This document shows positions 1 to 11,827 of a stretch of 32,000 nt of DNA, one piece after another. The first letter of the stretch is position 1. Each line of letters opens with the position of its first letter. The notes under the pieces were generated by a model. It was not told the DNA's origin. It was given only the letters and a program-made list of their open reading frames with translations, and ran no database searches. The translations under genes and the position numbers were made by a program. Location: sequence record CM079450.1. The stretch is one strand, 5' to 3'.

Positions 1-2
1 AT

Positions 3-317
3 ACTAAAAGAAGTTATGCTTATACACCAAATAATTATTTGGATTCAGGTAGCAGTAAGTTATCTACGTGTTTATTCCCTTTAGGGAAGGCAAGTGTTTC
101 CATAAAAAAGACCTTGTTATTTTTAAAGCTAAAAAAAATAATATATAAAAAAATGGGTTATGTTATTTTTCCCAGTAATTTAGTAGGCTCTAGAAATAAT
201 TCATATATGGCGCAATCCAATCATAATATTTTTCAATATGATTATTTTTTTAATGGTAATAAAAGTAAACCAAATTATTATTTGGGGGGGGGGGGAAAGA
301 AAAAAAAAGTGATTTAA
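3..317 (+). CDS. Open frame running off the left edge; probable upstream continuation of rpoC2 in a different frame from the main ORF
   Basis: The frame starting at nt 3 is open to the TAA at 315-317. Its K/N/S/Y-rich composition matches the rpoC2 insert region. It overlaps the open part of the main rpoC2 frame (open from 269) across a G12/A9 homopolymer tract. Confidence 0.35.
   Translation, partial: TKRSYAYTPNNYLDSGSSKLSTCLFPLGKASVSIKKTLLFLKLKKIIYKKMGYVIFPSNLVGSRNNSYMAQSNHNIFQYDYFFNGNKSKPNYYLGGGGKKKKVI
284..308. repeat. Homopolymer tract G12-AAAG-A9 at the junction of the two rpoC2-associated frames
   Basis: Direct reading: 12 consecutive G at 284-295, then aaag, then 9 A at 300-308. A 1-nt length change here would fuse frame 3..317 with frame 269..7216. 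Confidence 0.9.
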
Positions 318-409
318 TTTTTCTAACAACTTCTATTAATAAAGCTTATAATACCTTTTCTAGGTATAAGCTAGAATTAAACCAAAAAACAAGTAAAAAA
401 GAAAATAAA

Positions 410-3400
410 GTGCTTTCTGTCATCAGAAAAGACCCTTTCCTCCATAAAGGCAACCCCCTTAAAAATATATGGGGCCGAAACCCAGAAAGCCATTTCAGAT
501 ATTTAGGCCAACCATATTATATGCCTATTCGTGCCTTTAGAAAGAGAAGGGTGTTAGAAAATACTTCTGCCTTCCATAGGCCAACTCGAAGTAAAAAAGA
601 GCTATCGTCTATTATGTACAAAGAAGGTGTTTCAGAAAACACCCCTTTAGTTAGTGCGTCCACCCCTTTAGGGGACGCACTAACTAAAGGGGTGGACGCA
701 CCAACAACTAAAGGTATGGCTTTGCCATATACACGTGGTCTACAAATCAGACGTTTTTTACAATGGTTTCCGCAACAGTGGCAAATAAGTACAGCTGGGT
801 TCTTGGTCTTCGAACAAATAGCTATGCAATGTAAACAATTTTTTTATAAAAAAAGTGTAGCTAAAAAGCTCCCTCTTATGAAAACTAAAATTAAACTGTT
901 TAAAAGCAGTTTAAAAAAAAAACAATGTTCAGCATATATTGAGTTAAATTTTCCCCGTTGGTTTTTTTTAAAAAAACATATATATTTAAATGGTCTTAAT
1001 GTATTGCCTCCTCTTTTTTGGCCTTTTCCTGTGATTGCTTCGCTTACCCCCAAAATAATTACCCCCCCAGAGGAAGAAAAGTTATATACACAATTATTAC
1101 AAACCCACAGGGGAAAAGAAGGAAAAGCAAAGGCAGGAGGATGGGCAACCAATAAGGCTCTACCTATTTTTAGGCAAAAAAAGCCCTTATATATGAATGT
1201 TCATACACCGAAACCTAAAAGCACCGAATTAATATTTAAAGTTTCTAATAAACCATCTCATAAATCTTTTCATTTACCATATCAAGACCGCCTTCTTTGG
1301 ATTGAGCAACCTCTTTATAAACTAAAACCTAATAAAAGTTTTAGTTTTTTACATTTACAAAACGCTTATACCACTCGAAAAACTGTGGCTTTAACGTCTA
1401 AAAAAAGCTCATATCTTACTGCCATCCCCTTTACTTCATTGCTAAAGGAAAGCAGTTCCCCCGCCCCCCCCTTTTTAGTAACTATCAAAAAGCTAGACTT
1501 TATAAAGAGAGTTTATTCTTTGTTTGATCTTAGAAATCGCCAACTTATAGTAGATAAATTACAAGTACCCAAATATACTGGTTTTTTAAAAATTCATAGT
1601 AGAAACACTACTACTAGCTTAAAAAAACAAAAGCACGTTAAGATAGTAGGCCATACTTCAAGCTTTTCTGACAAAACAGCTAAAAAATTTCATATAATAT
1701 TGAATTCACAACATTACAAAAGCATAAAATCTTTTGTTGCATTTCAAAAGCATATTAAAAAAGCAGTTACTACTTCTTTACACTGTAATTTTATTTCGTC
1801 TTATCTTCAGTTAAATAGTTCTATGCTGGACACTATTATTAAAAAACCCTTTGTTTTTTTTAAGGAAAGGGAAGCAAAGGAAGAGGATACAAAGAGGATG
1901 AGTGTTGGGGGGGGACCCCTTCTATATCCTTCGGCAAAATACCCACCCTTGGTGTCGGAAATGCACCCCTTAAAAATATATTGCCCCCCCTTTTTAAATA
2001 AATTAAAAAATAGCGAGAAGTCCTTTAATTTTATAGATTTTTTGCACGTTTATAACCATAGTAATAGTGTAAAAGTCACTTTAAAATCTTTAAGATTAAT
2101 AGAAAAAAGAAAAAAACAAGAATGGAACAATAGTAGAGTTGTAAGAAAGTTTTTTTATTTTAAAAAACCTTGCAATCAAATAAAGTGGAGTTTATTACAA
2201 ATTATATTAAATTATAATTCACTTTTTCTCTGCTTTTCTATAACTAAAAAAGTTAAACCAGAAATTAAGGGCTTTACCATTAATGAATATTTTAAAAAAC
2301 GTCTTTGGTTAATACGGCAGTTTATAAAAAAACTTTCTAGGGTACCTAAGCTATTTAAATTATTGTTTAGTTCTGCAATGGCATCTAAGGTTTTAATAGG
2401 TACAAACATTTTAAAAGACACTGCCTTACGCAATCATTTGTCTAATTTGTCTAATTTGTCTAAAGGTAAGCAGCATGATACCTTAAAAGAAAAGTACACT
2501 GTACAGAAAACAAAAGATCCTTTTTATTTAAGTTTTAAAGATGGTTGGATTTATAACCCCAAAGATAAAGAAAAAGCCATGCTTTTTAATAAAACTTTTG
2601 TTTCGCCAGGACAGCATTTATTTGATGGTTTAGTATTTGATCGACAACTTATATATGTACAATGTATATCTTTAAAAAACAACTATTTTATTAGTGATTT
2701 ACCTTGCCCATCCCTTTATTCTTTATATAAATTAATATGGCTTTCCAGAGAGAAGCAGCATCTTTTAAGCCATAAAAAAAGGAAACCAATAAATATAAAT
2801 CCTATTTTTCCCTTAAGCACTTTTAAAAATCTAGAAAAAATAAAATATATTCAAAATAAAAAAAGCCGTTTTACTATTAATTGCTTTTCTTCCTTGCCTA
2901 TAGTTGGTTTAAAGAAGAAACAAACTAAAGGCAAGCGGTCTATTTCCAAAAAAGAAGAAAAAAGTGGAAGGGACGCTTTAAAAAGCCCTTTTTCTTACGA
3001 AAGCCTTAAAGGTACACGTGATAATGGGGTACTTTCTCCTACAGATCCTAAACATACTTTCCATAATGCAATACTGTCTAATGGCGTACATAATAAAAAA
3101 AAAGGGGGACCCACTGATTCTCACGGGTCTATTAAGAATGGCTTTCTTTTTCCAAAAACCCCTAAAGAGTTTATCCCCTTCATTTTCTCCCCTCAAGGGA
3201 GAAAAAAAGGGGAAGAGAATCCATCTTTTTTCTTAAAAGCTCCTAAAGAGTTTAACAAGAATGGATTATTTCCCTTAAAACTTACTACCAATTTGAGCCA
3301 TAATCACCACTTTCTAATACTGTTTACCATTGTGAAAGAGTTTCAACCCAATACCTGCTTGCATCAAAAACTAGAAGTCAATAAAATTGCCCAACCGTAT

Positions 3401-6400
3401 GACTTTCAATTAACAATTCATGGTTCTTTAAAATTTTTGAGAAAAAAAATTCAAATCAGGCCTTTTACTAATATTACTAATAAAAGGGAGATTAGGCAGA
3501 AACAAAAGTCTCTAATCCTTCGCACAAACAAAGGGATTAAAGATAGCAGCCTGGGGGGGCCCCTTAATAAAAAAATAAATAAAAAAATAAATAAAAAAAT
3601 AAATAAAAAAATAAATAAAAAAATAAAGGGGTGGCTGCGATTGCCCCCCTTTGCTCTTCTTCCTAAAGGAAAGCATAAGCAAAGCTTATATTCTGTAAAA
3701 AGGGAAGTGAGGCAGTTTCTTCTGCCCCCCCCAGAGGAACAAAAGTTTCTGGGTTTACAAAAAATAATAAAAAATAAAATTTCGAACAAAAGTCATGCAA
3801 AAACCTTATTTTTTTCCCCCCAAAATAATTATTTGGGGGTAAAAAAACGTGTATTAAAAAAAAGATCATTTATTTCTAAATGTTATGAGTCTTTTCTTGT
3901 ATGGAAAATACAATCAAATTCAAAATTTAAAAAAGAAAAAGTAAATAAGGGGCGAAACGTAAATAATGTGAAAGCGGTAGAAGCGTTTATACCTGTATGC
4001 GGCAGGCAGTTATATAACAAAGAAACTTATTATATTTTTTTAAACCATGCATATGAAAAAAATTTAATTTCTAACATTAAATTAAAAAATTTATGCACCC
4101 ATATGGATGGTATATTAACTGAACAAAAAAATAAGTGGTTATCGCTTATTGGTACAAGTGCCCACAAATGTTTTACATCAAATTTTATATTTGGTCAGCC
4201 GAAGCTAACTTTCTTAAATAAATCTTTTAGTTCAATTTTATTAAAAAATAATTACCATTCTTTTCTGCTTAATAAACAACAAAAAAGCTTAGAACTTTTT
4301 AGTCCTTTTGCTAACAAAGAATTAATTTTGGAAAACGCGGATTTTTTAGTACAAAGAAAAAAAGAAGCGCTAACCTCTGTTTCTTTACTTAGCCAAAAGG
4401 AAAAACATCTTACATTAATAAAAGGACTATTTAAAGGTTCTTCGATTGGTAAAGCATACAAAAGAACTTATGGTCGAAACCAGCCTTTCCTCTGCACAAA
4501 CATTCCAAACAAAGGGGTTGGCAAACTAAGAAAGACGAGGTTTGTATCTCAGAAACCTTTTTCTTATGTTTGGTGTTATAAAAGATTAAATTTTAATAGT
4601 TTTATGGTAGGATATATGGATACCTATACAACTGCTTCGGGGGGGACCCCCGTAGGGGGAAAAACTAAATTTAAAACACCTCACATACTTTTGACTAGTA
4701 ACGCCAATTACCTCACATCATACCATCAACCCTTTTCTCTTCTAACTTTGGGTATACCTTCCTTTATGCCGTATAGGGTAAATTATAATAAAAAAGGAGA
4801 TAAAAAGGTACTTAATGGTGCTAATAAACAATTTACATATCACACCACTAAGCATTTATTACAATTAGCTAAATTACGTTCAAATATTCCAATTTTATTT
4901 TCACAAAGTTGCTTAGATTTTTGCCTAACAACCAATCTTAATAGTCATAAAAACAATGTAAATTCTAAGCAAGATAATAATAAAAAAACGGAATCTTTAA
5001 AAACAACCATGCTCTTTCTGAAAGGTAAAAACTTGTCTTCTTTAAAAAAATATCATATTAAAAGTCTAAAAAAATTAAATATCAGAAAAAAATGGAAATT
5101 TAATCTAAATTTTAGCCAGCAAAAAAAACAAGCTTCTACAAAATTTTATATGCATGAAGGAAATCATTTTATAAATTTTTATCCAATTGCCAAAACTTCT
5201 TTTTTTAGTGCTTTTGAAGGGGAGATTTTAAAGTATAATCATAGAAATTTTATTAATAATACTGAACTATTTTCGAAAAATCTAAAAGGTGTAAAAAAGA
5301 CTGTAGGCAATTCAATATCAGAGCTTTTTGCAGAACAAGTTAGTAGAAATATTTATAACACATGTTTGGTATTGACAAAACAAGATCTTATAAGTTTTTC
5401 TGTGCCAGACATCTCTAAGGTTTCTAATCAGCTAAGGTCACAAAAAAATAAGTTACTAAATTTAAATGGTAATGATCTTTTTGCCAAAACAGTTAAAAAA
5501 GAAAAAACTTTAGGTTTAGGAGATTTTTATTTACATGGAGATATCTTACCCGCTACCCAACAATTAATATCTAAACCCAATCGCCTAAAAGGTGCTTTTT
5601 CTTGTAGTCATAAAAATCCTTTATGTTTACAAAGAAAAAAATTAATAAGTTATAGTAACCCTAATAAAAAATATGCCTACTTTATGTCTTTATGGCCAAG
5701 CAAGAGTCTAAAAAAAAATAAAAAATTCTATAGCTTTTCAACACACGTAGGTGACAGAAGTAGCACAACACTGGCAGCTTATAGTAAAAATGAAAAAAGT
5801 ATACATACAAAAAAAGTAGGTTTTGATTTATCAGGGCAAATTATTCATATAGGCAGTGGTCAAAGTCCTTTTAAAGGCTTAAAAACGATGTTATTAAATT
5901 CAAGAAAGTTTTTGATCCCTCCACGGGGGAAAGGCTTTATAAAAGGTTTTAGCGCAAAAAAAGTACTGATGTATTTTAGAAAAAGATCTTTTGCTCTGGT
6001 GGCAGAAAAAAACAAAAAAAAGCATCCAAAGCAAAGGGGAGAACTTAAATTGCTAAAAAGCAGAAAAAAAAACATAATAACATTAAGACGGGGTCAACCT
6101 ATTTTTATTTCTCCAAAAGGTGTGTGTCATGCTTTTGAAGGAGATTTTATTCATACTAAAGCTCCTGTTATTACTTTAGCTTATCAAAGATTGAAAACTG
6201 GAGATATTATTGAAGGTATACCCAAGGTAGAGCAATTTTTCGAAGCCAGAACTACTAAACGTGGCCGTTTGTTTCGTGATAGTTTACCTAATCTATTAAA
6301 AGGTTTATTTGGACGATATAAATCTAAAGAAACAAAATTAAAACAAAACAAAACAAAAGTAAAGAAAAGTTTCATAAGGGCAGACAGAAAGAAGGGCATA

Positions 6401-7216
6401 TATAAGCAAAGCTTATGCACAAACGAAGTGCTTATTAAAAAAAGGGAGGGCCTATCCCCCTCATTCTTTCCCTTCGCACAAACTAAAGGGGTGTTTTCTG
6501 AAGCACAAACCAATAATTATTTGCAAAAACCGAAGGTTGTTTCGGAAAAGCCAGGCACTTATATACTTCATTCCCCCCTAACCTCCCCTTTTACATTAGC
6601 AAAAGGGGGGAACAAAAGGAAGGAAAAGCAAAGCAAGGGCTTTATTTTTCCTTCCTTAAAAACAAAGAAAAAAACAAATAGTTGGTGTTCTCGTCCCTTA
6701 AAATATATTAGGGAAGAAAAAACAAACAAAAGGGAGGTCATTATGACGCAGGATCAAGCGGTACGTCAAAGTTTTTACAAAATTCAACAAATTATTGTGG
6801 ATGGTGTTCAAAGAGTGTATAGATCACAAGGAGTAAGCATTGCTGATAAGCACTTAGAAGTCATAGTAAGACAAATGACTTCCAAAGTTATTATAGTGAA
6901 AGGAGGTCAAACAGGTTTTTTTCCGGGTGAAATAGTGGATTTATGCTTTGTGGAACAAGTCAATAGTATGTTGATTAGCTCCGCTAAATATGAACCAATT
7001 GTATTAGGTATTACAAAAGCTTCTTTACAAGTGGATAGTTTTCTATCTGCGGCAAGTTTCCAGCAAACCACTAGAATCTTAAGTGAAGCAGCTATATGTA
7101 AGAAAAAGGATTTTTTAAAAGGTTTGAAAGAAAACGTTATTTTAGGAAATCTTATTCCTGCTGGAACAGGATTTTTGGTGTATATTGGGGGGACCCCTTT
7201 TACCCCTTCTATATAA
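410..7216 (+). CDS. rpoC2: RNA polymerase beta'' subunit (RpoC2), hyper-expanded; the start coordinate is only the first GTG of the ORF track and the true start probably lies upstream of the window
   Basis: The C-terminal translation carries classic RpoC2 blocks: [25 protein letters not shown] (about nt 6176-6250) and [28 protein letters not shown]...[30 protein letters not shown]...[20 protein letters not shown] (about nt 6743-7190). The N-terminal and central conserved blocks (such as the GEPGTQLT region) are absent, so the 5' part of the gene lies outside the window. Confidence 0.9.
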   Translation: MLSVIRKDPFLHKGNPLKNIWGRNPESHFRYLGQPYYMPIRAFRKRRVLENTSAFHRPTRSKKELSSIMYKEGVSENTPLVSASTPLGDALTKGVDAPTTKGMALPYTRGLQIRRFLQWFPQQWQISTAGFLVFEQIAMQCKQFFYKKSVAKKLPLMKTKIKLFKSSLKKKQCSAYIELNFPRWFFLKKHIYLNGLNVLPPLFWPFPVIASLTPKIITPPEEEKLYTQLLQTHRGKEGKAKAGGWATNKALPIFRQKKPLYMNVHTPKPKSTELIFKVSNKPSHKSFHLPYQDRLLWIEQPLYKLKPNKSFSFLHLQNAYTTRKTVALTSKKSSYLTAIPFTSLLKESSSPAPPFLVTIKKLDFIKRVYSLFDLRNRQLIVDKLQVPKYTGFLKIHSRNTTTSLKKQKHVKIVGHTSSFSDKTAKKFHIILNSQHYKSIKSFVAFQKHIKKAVTTSLHCNFISSYLQLNSSMLDTIIKKPFVFFKEREAKEEDTKRMSVGGGPLLYPSAKYPPLVSEMHPLKIYCPPFLNKLKNSEKSFNFIDFLHVYNHSNSVKVTLKSLRLIEKRKKQEWNNSRVVRKFFYFKKPCNQIKWSLLQIILNYNSLFLCFSITKKVKPEIKGFTINEYFKKRLWLIRQFIKKLSRVPKLFKLLFSSAMASKVLIGTNILKDTALRNHLSNLSNLSKGKQHDTLKEKYTVQKTKDPFYLSFKDGWIYNPKDKEKAMLFNKTFVSPGQHLFDGLVFDRQLIYVQCISLKNNYFISDLPCPSLYSLYKLIWLSREKQHLLSHKKRKPININPIFPLSTFKNLEKIKYIQNKKSRFTINCFSSLPIVGLKKKQTKGKRSISKKEEKSGRDALKSPFSYESLKGTRDNGVLSPTDPKHTFHNAILSNGVHNKKKGGPTDSHGSIKNGFLFPKTPKEFIPFIFSPQGRKKGEENPSFFLKAPKEFNKNGLFPLKLTTNLSHNHHFLILFTIVKEFQPNTCLHQKLEVNKIAQPYDFQLTIHGSLKFLRKKIQIRPFTNITNKREIRQKQKSLILRTNKGIKDSSLGGPLNKKINKKINKKINKKINKKIKGWLRLPPFALLPKGKHKQSLYSVKREVRQFLLPPPEEQKFLGLQKIIKNKISNKSHAKTLFFSPQNNYLGVKKRVLKKRSFISKCYESFLVWKIQSNSKFKKEKVNKGRNVNNVKAVEAFIPVCGRQLYNKETYYIFLNHAYEKNLISNIKLKNLCTHMDGILTEQKNKWLSLIGTSAHKCFTSNFIFGQPKLTFLNKSFSSILLKNNYHSFLLNKQQKSLELFSPFANKELILENADFLVQRKKEALTSVSLLSQKEKHLTLIKGLFKGSSIGKAYKRTYGRNQPFLCTNIPNKGVGKLRKTRFVSQKPFSYVWCYKRLNFNSFMVGYMDTYTTASGGTPVGGKTKFKTPHILLTSNANYLTSYHQPFSLLTLGIPSFMPYRVNYNKKGDKKVLNGANKQFTYHTTKHLLQLAKLRSNIPILFSQSCLDFCLTTNLNSHKNNVNSKQDNNKKTESLKTTMLFLKGKNLSSLKKYHIKSLKKLNIRKKWKFNLNFSQQKKQASTKFYMHEGNHFINFYPIAKTSFFSAFEGEILKYNHRNFINNTELFSKNLKGVKKTVGNSISELFAEQVSRNIYNTCLVLTKQDLISFSVPDISKVSNQLRSQKNKLLNLNGNDLFAKTVKKEKTLGLGDFYLHGDILPATQQLISKPNRLKGAFSCSHKNPLCLQRKKLISYSNPNKKYAYFMSLWPSKSLKKNKKFYSFSTHVGDRSSTTLAAYSKNEKSIHTKKVGFDLSGQIIHIGSGQSPFKGLKTMLLNSRKFLIPPRGKGFIKGFSAKKVLMYFRKRSFALVAEKNKKKHPKQRGELKLLKSRKKNIITLRRGQPIFISPKGVCHAFEGDFIHTKAPVITLAYQRLKTGDIIEGIPKVEQFFEARTTKRGRLFRDSLPNLLKGLFGRYKSKETKLKQNKTKVKKSFIRADRKKGIYKQSLCTNEVLIKKREGLSPSFFPFAQTKGVFSEAQTNNYLQKPKVVSEKPGTYILHSPLTSPFTLAKGGNKRKEKQSKGFIFPSLKTKKKTNSWCSRPLKYIREEKTNKREVIMTQDQAVRQSFYKIQQIIVDGVQRVYRSQGVSIADKHLEVIVRQMTSKVIIVKGGQTGFFPGEIVDLCFVEQVNSMLISSAKYEPIVLGITKASLQVDSFLSAASFQQTTRILSEAAICKKKDFLKGLKENVILGNLIPAGTGFLVYIGGTPFTPSI
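626..714 (+). repeat. SDR module inside the rpoC2 reading frame, with a 20-bp-arm inverted repeat (642-661 / 673-692)
   Basis: cccctttagttagtgcgtcc ... ggacgcactaactaaagggg are exact reverse complements. The flanking ggtgtttcagaaaacacc and caccaacaactaaagg match intergenic modules (for example 7941-7985 and 8805-8825). The module is translated in frame as [30 protein letters not shown]. Confidence 0.85.
3566..3625 (+). repeat. In-frame 12-nt tandem repeat x5 (aataaaaaaata), encoding (NKKI)5 in rpoC2
   Basis: Five exact head-to-tail copies, in phase with the ORF (3566-410 is divisible by 3). Confidence 0.95.
6455..6522 (+). repeat. SDR module in frame between the two conserved C-terminal blocks of rpoC2
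   Basis: cccctcattctttccc / cgcacaaactaaaggggtgttttct / accaataattatttg are the same modules seen in intergenic DNA (for example 7941-7990 and 13010-13035 reverse complement). Translated as ...[21 protein letters not shown]... Confidence 0.8.
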
Positions 7217-7898
7217 AGTTTTAAGGGGCTTATAAAAGCGTTATTTTTAAGGCTCCGGAAAAGCACAAACAAATAATAATTTGGTTGGTGTTTTCTTCCG
7301 GTCCGGTAGTATAAGCAAAGCTTATGCTACCGGACCGGAAAAGCGCCAACAGAAAAAACAAACTAAAGGGAAGGCTTTATTTTCCAGCCGAAGCACTTTG
7401 TGCATAGCATAAGCTTTGCTTATACTACCGGACCGGAGGATGATATAATTTATAAGCACCCAATAATTATTGGGTGCTTATAAATTATATCATCCTCCGG
7501 TCCATCGGCTGGAAAATAAAGCCTTCCCTTTAGTTTGTTTTTTCTGTTGGCGCTTTTCCGGTCCGGTAGCATAAGCTTTGCTTATACTACCGGACCGGAA
7601 GAAAACACCAACCAAATTATTATTTGTTTTAACGCTTCTTCCCTTTAGGGAAGTTATATTATCCCTTTGGGATGATAGTGCAGAGGAAAGAAGAATGGAC
7701 CGGAAAAGCACTTTTCTGAAACAAAGGGATTTCCCTTTAGTTTGTTTTTTCTGTTGGTGTTCTCCCGTCCACCCCTTTAGTTTGTGCTTTTCCGGTCCTT
7801 GCACCAAATAATGATTTGGTGTTCTCTCTTCTTTTAAATTAAGTATAAGCAAAGCTTATGCTATGGAGAGAACACCAAATCATTATTTGGTGCAAGGA

Positions 7899-7936
7899 CC
7901 GGTCCGGTAGGAACCGGCCGGTTCCTACCGGACCGG
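7899..7936. repeat. 38-nt perfect palindrome 'A' (ccggtccggtaggaaccggccggttcctaccggaccgg), copy 1 of 10
   Basis: Exact self-reverse-complement, read directly from the sequence. Confidence 0.97.
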
Positions 7937-8344
7937 AGGGACGCACAAACTAAAGGGGTGTTTTCTTAAACACCAACCAAATTATTATTTGTTTTAACTA
8001 AAAACGAAGTTTTTATAAAGGCTCCGCCTTTAGCTGCCTTCCAGAAGAAGAGCGTTATATTATGCCTTTGTTCCCGCATGATAGTGCTTTTCCGGTCCAT
8101 CGGCGAAGCCGAAGCACCAAATAATTATTTGGTGTTCTCTCCATAGCATAAGCTTTGCTTATACTTAATTTAAAAGAAGAGAGAACACCAAATAATTATT
8201 TGTTTGCGCAGAACAGAAAAGTGCTTATAAATAATATAAGGCTGGAAAATAAAGCCTTCCCTTTAGTTTGTTTTCCTAAAGGAAAGAAGAATGGACCGGA
8301 GGAAAGAAGAATGGACCGGAAGGGAAAGAATGAGAAGAACTGAA

Positions 8345-8460
8345 GGGGGGGCATTTCTCTTTTTAAAAAGGAGCTTTATTGGTGATGTGGTGAACCTATA
8401 AATATAACTAAGGGCTTCGCCCTTATTATATGGAATATAAGCTAGATAATTTGATAGGGG
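8345..8460. repeat. G-family element (…tataaatataactaagggcttcgcccttattatatggaatataagctagataatttgata…), left copy of a distant inverted pair
   Basis: The reverse complement recurs at 10091-10198 with about one mismatch. Further copies lie at about 8513-8597 (direct), about 9745-9830 (direct, diverged) and about 9893-9970 (inverted). Confidence 0.9.
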
Positions 8461-8701
8461 GGGGGCCCTTATAGCTTCTATGCAAAGGCTATACAAACAA
8501 AAGGGGGGATTTAGGTGAAGTAGTGAACTTATAAATATAACTAAGGGCTTCGCCCTTATTATATGGAATATAAGCTAGATAATTTGATAAGGGGGGCCCT
8601 TATAGCTTTTAAGCAAAGTCATAAAAGAAAAAGGGGGGGGATCTTATAGGTGAAGTCACGATCCTATAAATATAACGCTAGATAATTTAGAGGGGGGTTC
8701 T

Positions 8702-8739
8702 CCGGTCCGGTAGGAACCGGCCGGTTCCTACCGGACCGG
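8702..8739. repeat. Palindrome A, copy 2
   Basis: Identical 38-mer. Confidence 0.97.
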
Positions 8740-10090
8740 AAAAGCACTATCATCCCAAAGGGATAATATAACTTCACCCCTTCGTTTGTGCTTTTCCGGA
8801 GGGACGCACAAACTAAAGGGAAGAAGCGTTAAAACAAATAATAATTTGGGTGATGTGGTGAACCTAGAAATATTCCGCTAGACAATTATAAAGGGAGGAT
8901 TTATTGTTTTAAGCAAAGGCAAAAAGGGGGGCCTTTTTTTGAGCTATTCACAAAAAAAGGGGGGGCCTTATTGTGAATAAGCAAGTATATAACCTATGCT
9001 TATTATAAGCCTTTATACCTTTTAAGTCTATGTATATTAAAGCCAAGGCTTATTCACAATAAGGGGGGGCTTTATATATATTAATCAAAGTCTTATTACA
9101 AGTAAAGGATTATTTTAAGCAAGGTACCTCTTTTAAGTGAATAACATGTGCTTGAAATAAGCTTGTGCTTAAAATAATAAAGGCACCCCCCCTTTTATGT
9201 TTTTGCTTAAAACAATAAAAGGGGGGGTGCCTCACCCCTTCGTTAAAAGAAAAGTGCTTTTCCGGTCCGGTAGCATAAGCTTTGCTTATACTACCGGACC
9301 GGTCTTCTGACGGTAGCATAAGCTTTGCTTATACTATAAGCAAAGCTTATGCATTCTTCTTTCCTATAGGAAAACAAACTAAAGGGAAATCCCTTTGTTT
9401 GGATTGTTTGTCTTCTGACGAAGCGCAGCATAATATTATTTATAAGCACCCAATAATTATTGGGTGTTCTCTCTTCTTTTAAATTAAGTATAAGCAAAGC
9501 TTATGCTATGGAGAGAACACCAAATAATTATTTGGTGCAAGGACCGGAAGGACACAAACAAATAATTATTTGGTGTAGCTTTTAAACTAAGGCATAAAAA
9601 GAGGGCTTTGTTTAAGCTTAAAACCTATAAAGAAAAAGGGAGCACTTATAGCTTTAAAGCAAAGGCTACTACACCAAAGAAAGGGGGGGCTCTTTATTGC
9701 TTTAAGCTAAGGTTATTAACATAAAGGGGGGTATTTTGGTAGTGGTGAACCTATAAATATAACTTATATTTCATATAATTATATGGAATATAAGCTAGAT
9801 AATTTGATAGAGGGTGCCTTATAGCTTTTAAGCAAGGGCTATTTACATAAAAGAGGTTACTTATTGGCTTGATTAAAGGCTATATGTGCACCCTAACTAA
9901 TTATCTAGCTTATATTCCATATAATAAGGGCGAAGCCCTTAGTTATACTTATAAATTCGTTACTTCACCAAAAAAGCTCCCCCCCTTTATGCCTTTGCAT
10001 AAAAACAATAAACCCCCCCTATCAAATTATCTAACGGAATCTTTATGGGTGGAGAGAACACCACTTCACCAAAGAAAAGCCCACTTATAA

Positions 10091-10198
10091 AATTATTTAG
10101 CTTATATTCCATATAATAAGGGCGAAGCCCTTAGTTATATTTATAGGTTCACCACATCACCAATAAAGCTCCTTTTTAAAAAGAGAAATGCCCCCCCC
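10091..10198. repeat. G-family element, inverted partner of 8345-8460
   Basis: Reverse-complement match read by eye over about 105 nt. Confidence 0.9.
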
Positions 10199-10549
10199 AA
10201 ATAATAATTTTATAAGCAAAGCTTATAGAAGTGCTTATAAATTATATAAGGCTGGAAAATAAAGCCTTGCTCCCTCACCCCTTCGTTTGTGCAGAGGGAC
10301 ACAAACAAATTATTATTTAGGGGAGAAGTGCTTATAAATTATATAAGGCTTCGCCGATGGACCGGAAAAGCATTATTATGCGGGAACAAAGGCATGATAT
10401 AAGGCGAAGCCTTAAAACAAAAAGGGGGAAAGAAACACAAAAGGAAGGGGTCTTCGGTGCCCAAAAACAAAGGTAAATCACCCCCTTTGTGCCTTTATGG
10501 GGAGGCCACCAAAATAAAAGCCTTGCTCCCTTATTAGGTTGCTTTCCCT

Positions 10550-10602
10550 CCGGTCTTCTGACGGTAGTATAAGCAAAGCTTATGCTACCGTCAGAAGACC
10601 GG
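10550..10602. repeat. 53-nt hairpin module 'B' (ccggtcttctgacggtag-tataagcaaagcttatg-ctaccgtcagaagaccgg)
   Basis: 18-nt arms are exact inverted repeats. The core is an ataagc/gcttat stem with an aaa triloop and one T.G position. Identical units lie at 10969-11021 and 11389-11441, with many more elsewhere. Confidence 0.95.
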
Positions 10603-10795
10603 AAAAGCACTATCATCCCAAAGGGATAATATAACTAAGGGCTTCGCCCTTATAAAAGCTTCGCTTTTAGCTACCTACCTTCGGTAGGTATAAAAGCTTC
10701 TAAAGGCGAAGCCTTTATAAAAAGCTTCGCTTTTTAGCTTTTATAAGCGTTAAAACAAATAATAATTTGGTTGGTGCGTTTTTGTTTGTGTCCCT

Positions 10796-10833
10796 CCGGT
10801 CCGGTAGGAACCGGCCGGTTCCTACCGGACCGG
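10796..10833. repeat. Palindrome A, copy 3
   Basis: Identical 38-mer. Confidence 0.97.
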
Positions 10834-11154
10834 AAAAGCACTTTTCTTTTAACGAAGGGGTGAGGCACCGAACTCCTTGTGAAAGGGAAAGGTAAATCAC
10901 CCCCTTTGTGCCTTTATGGGGAGGCCACCAAAATAAAAGCCTTGCTCCCTTATTAGGTTGCTTTCCCTCCGGTCTTCTGACGGTAGTATAAGCAAAGCTT
11001 ATGCTACCGTCAGAAGACCGGAAAAGCACTATCATCCCAAAGGGATAATATAACTAAAAACGAAGTTTTTATTATATTTCATATAAGCTCTTCTTCTGGA
11101 AGGCAGCGTTAAAACAAATAATAATTTGGTTGGTGCGTTTTTGTTTGTGTCCCT

Positions 11155-11192
11155 CCGGTCCGGTAGGAACCGGCCGGTTCCTACCGGACCGG
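11155..11192. repeat. Palindrome A, copy 4
   Basis: Identical 38-mer. Confidence 0.97.
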
Positions 11193-11437
11193 AAAAGCAC
11201 TTTTCTTTTAACGAAGGGGTGAGGCACCGAACTCCTTGTGAAAGGGAAAAGTAAATCATGAGGGGGGAAAATAAAAGCCTTTATGGGGGGCACCAAAAGA
11301 AAAGCCTTCCCTTTAGTTTGTTTTTTCTGTTGGTGTTTTCTTCTTCTTCTTTCCTTTAGTTGGTGTTTTCTTCTGTCTGTGCGTCCCTCCGGTCTTCTGA
11401 CGGTAGTATAAGCAAAGCTTATGCTACCGTCAGAAGA

Positions 11438-11475
11438 CCGGTCCGGTAGGAACCGGCCGGTTCCTACCGGACCGG
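11438..11475. repeat. Palindrome A, copy 5 (shares its first CCGG with the preceding B hairpin)
   Basis: Identical 38-mer. Confidence 0.97.
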
Positions 11476-11827
11476 AAAAGCACTTTTCTTTTAACTATGC
11501 GCTTCTTTCCTTTAGGAAAGCATATACGCGCGAAGCGCGGAGAAGGGGTGTTTTCTTGAACACCAACAGAAAAAACAAACTAAAGGGACGAGAACACCAA
11601 CAGAAGAAAACACCAACCAAATTATTATTTGTTTTAACTAAAAACGAAGTTTTTATTATATTTCATATAAGCTTCTTCTTCTTCTTCTTTCCTTTAGTTG
11701 GTGTTTTCACCCCTTCGTTTGTGCTTTTCCGGAGGGACGCACAGACAGAAAAAACAAACTAAAGGGACGAGAACACAAACTAAAGGGAAGTTATATCATC
11801 CCTTTGTTCCCGCATAATAGTGCTTTT

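Noticed and set aside
844-7272. Short antisense or alternate-frame ORFs inside rpoC2 (844..1152-, 2212..2433-, 2978..3196-, 3018..3236+, 3451..3789-, 3663..3869-, 4252..4461-, 5860..6075-, 6184..6513-, 6907..7272-), plus 15152..15376+ and 16277..16546+ antisense to the homing-endonuclease ORFs
   Set aside because: They are embedded in much longer ORFs with recognisable products. Their low-complexity F/L/K-rich translations are typical of the antisense of AT-rich coding DNA.
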